This document shows, in pieces, positions 61,383 through 64,000 of a DNA stretch of 64,000 nucleotides; the stretch's first letter is position 1, and each line of letters starts with the position of its first letter. Source of the DNA: Haplodiscus bocki (Eukaryota); assembly GCA_965655095.1 (NCBI GenBank), contig OZ296648.1, forward strand, positions 164,858,001-164,922,000. The letters run 5' to 3'. The position numbers were made by a program, and so were the translations under genes. The notes beneath the pieces were generated by a model. The model made no database searches and was not told the origin of the DNA. It saw nothing but the letters and a program-made list of their open reading frames with translations.

Positions 61383-63960
61383 CCCGGGTTGAGCTCTCAT
61401 AAATATTCAGTCATTTTCAGCGCTGATTCAGAGATTTTTGCGTTTTCAGCGATGTTCAGAGCTGAACCAGCCGACTTTAATTTTGACATCTCTGGTCATA
61501 ACTGATTCAGTGATGAACATTTCTGAACATCTCTGATTCAGCGCTGAACATTACTGGCAAGCAGCAAACAGTCAAACACCATGAAAAAAGCCAAAAAAGT
61601 GTTTTTTTTCAATATTAATGCTGAAGAGACGAGAAATCAAAGATTTCAGAATAACTTTTAATGGGTTATTTTGAAAAATTCGAAAAATGTGATTTTTTCC
61701 GAAAAGTGTATTTTCTTTCGATTCCATGTCAAAAGACTTCTTAACAAGAACAAAACCGGTGACAGATACTAAAATACCTCCTGTAATAGGGGAAAAAACG
61801 TTACAGGAGTTATATTTGATGTTTTTACAGTGTTTTTGAAGCGAACATGTAAAGTCTCTGCGCCAGCAATGTTTATGGCTGAATCAGAAGAAATCAGTAA
61901 TGTTCAGAGCTGAATCAGTATTTTTCAGAAATGATGCAGAGAAAATAAGTTATTTTCAGAGCTGATTCAGTATTGTTCAGAATTCATCAGAGTCTATTCG
62001 ACGGAGCAGAATAACGTCTCAGGTTTATTTCCTAATCACATTCTGGGGGGGTCAAGAATTACGTGTAAAGAATAACGTCTAAATCAATTTCGGGAATAAA
62101 ACCTAAAGCCATGCCAAGTTCTTCCAGTATTTTAGTACATTGTGTTTTGGTCGTTATTGATTTAAACGTTACTCTCGAGTGACTTTAACATGTTTTCTTT
62201 TGATGTTTTAGGGGTTCTAGATCTTATTCTGTTTTGATGTTTTAGATCTTTATCCCACTTTGGGGGAGGGGGGATAACATCTGAATCCCCTGCGGGAATA
62301 GCGCCTTAAAGCAAGGTGACGCTCACTCTGTTATGGATTTTTGCCTAACGCGTGTTTAATTTTGTCCTCATTGTTAATTTATTTTGTTTTCTTTTGGGGT
62401 TTTTCTTAAATGTAGTTCATACGAAGTTGACAAAACATAGGTCGAAGACCATTCGGCGATGAAGAGCCGTTGTTCAGAAATGATCAGAGTCTTCGACGGA
62501 GCGGAATCGTCTCAAGTTTTAGTTCCTGCTTTCACTTTGCGGGGGGGGGAAGGTGCGGTGTCAGATGATTTCTTAAGAATAACGTCTAAATCCATTTCGG
62601 GAGTAAAGCCAAAAGTCATGCCAAGCTCTTCCAGTATCTTAGTACAATCTTTTAGGCGCTATTCCCGAGTGACTTATAGTATCCTTTTGATGCTTCAGGC
62701 GTTTGTGGGTGTTATTCCTTTTCGATATTTCAGATCCGGTGTCGTCTCACAGCTCCGAAAAATAAAGTGTAGCTGAACTCCGAAAATTTTTAGTCACGTG
62801 ACCCACGCGGCGTTAGTGTTCGGCGTTCATTTTAAATAACACTTCAACAATATATAATTAACAATTTCCCCAACGTTTTCCTTTAGGGATGGAGAATGCC
62901 AATTCGAAAACCCTGCCAATTTCGTTCGTAAAAGTCCCAAAAAATTCGCAAGAAGCGTGAAAACAAAAACATGAGAAAGAAACTTCACAGTAAGTAAAAA
63001 ATTTCAAGAAATGTTCCTCCAGACATGTATAATGCGGTTTTGATGACTCGGCCAAAAAATTTTCACTCAACATATGACACTTTTAACGATCTTTATTTCC
63101 TCCGACAGAACATTTTTCTCTTCAAAAAATTCCCCCGGCCACCTAGAATTGAAAGTTGACAATACTGCCGAGTGTTTTCTGCTCAAAGTCCAAATTATGA
63201 AAACCTAAAAACTTTTTCAACTAAACTGTTTTGTCCTAATTATTAATTTATTTTCTTTTTCCTTTGGGGTTTTTCTTAAATGTAGTTTATACAAAGTTGA
63301 CATAACATAGGTCGGAGACCAATCAGCTATGAATAGAGCCAATAGAGTTTTTTTGACCGTTTCAGATTTGAAACAGTAGTTTTCAAAAGTGTTCAGTGTT
63401 ATTCAGGCATTTTCAGAGATGACCAGAGATTGTCATAGATGTCCAGAGCAGTTTTCAGACATTTCCAGTAATGTTAAGAGATATTCATAAGTGTTCAGCT
63501 ATGTTTAGGCCTTTTCAGAGATGACCAGAGATTTTCATAGATGTTTAGAGCAGTTCTCAGACATTTTCAGTAATGTTATGAGATTTTCATGAATGTTCAG
63601 CTATGTTCAGGCATTTTCAGAGATGACCATAGATTTTCATAGTTATTCAGCGGTTCGCAGACATTTTCAGTAATGTTCAGAGATTTTCATAGGTGTTAAG
63701 CGATGTTCAGTAATTTTCAGTAATGATCAGAGATTCTCAGTTCTGATAATAGCTGTTTCAGCTCTGAAAATCGCTGAATTCTTACTCTGTAATAACACTG
63801 ATCATGGCTGTTTTAGCTCTGAAACAGTGATTTTCATTGAAATTCATGCAATGTGCATCAATTATCAGTTCTAAATCATTCTGAAAAATCTATTTACATC
63901 GCTGAATCAATCTGGAGTTTCCATGATCATCGCTGAAAGTAGTAAAGACGTCAACCCGGG
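61383..63960. mobile_element. CCCGGG-ended non-autonomous transposon, CAGCGCTG subfamily, with nested insertion
   Basis: cccgggttgag...gacgtcaacccggg; TSD TA/TA. ttcag arrays, including a ~102-bp unit at 63403, 63505 and 63607. Confidence 0.85.
61985..63345. repeat. Nested head-to-tail diverged dimer of another repeat
   Basis: atcagagtct..tcgacggagc at ~61986 and ~62483; ggggtttttcttaaatgtagtt at ~62396 and ~63266. Confidence 0.7.
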
Positions 63961-64000
63961 TATGCTTAGTTGCCGTAAGAATAATCGCTGTAATTCATCC

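Overview
AT-rich, repeat-saturated eukaryotic (invertebrate-type) genomic DNA with a 200-N gap at 32065-32264. I found no intact, confidently assignable host gene, rRNA, tRNA or CRISPR array, and nearly all ORFs in the supplied track are chance or decayed frames. The repeat repertoire reminds me of acoel flatworm assemblies (recollection only, unverified). Main contents: (1) Two decayed Polinton/Maverick(adintovirus)-like remnants with protein-primed PolB pieces, at 1-2.6 kb and 32.3-39.1 kb. (2) Two diverged 5' portions of a gag-like retroelement (8.0-10.8 kb, 15.3-17.0 kb) that share a covarying structured leader and nested hairpins. (3) Six complete non-autonomous DNA transposons with CCCGG(G/A) termini, each with its own matching 2-bp TSD; they carry subfamily-specific short palindromic subterminal arrays and unrelated internal cargo. 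(4) Long cryptic tandem arrays with a ~177-180 bp period despite very high monomer divergence (13.8-14.8, 30.8-31.8, 41.1-47.8 and 49.7-53.5 kb). (5) A pogo/Tigger deletion derivative, two Helitron-like copies, tRNA-derived heads, microsatellites and a probable fossil gene with ~40-nt introns. All coordinates were counted by eye; boundaries without terminal motifs are approximate.
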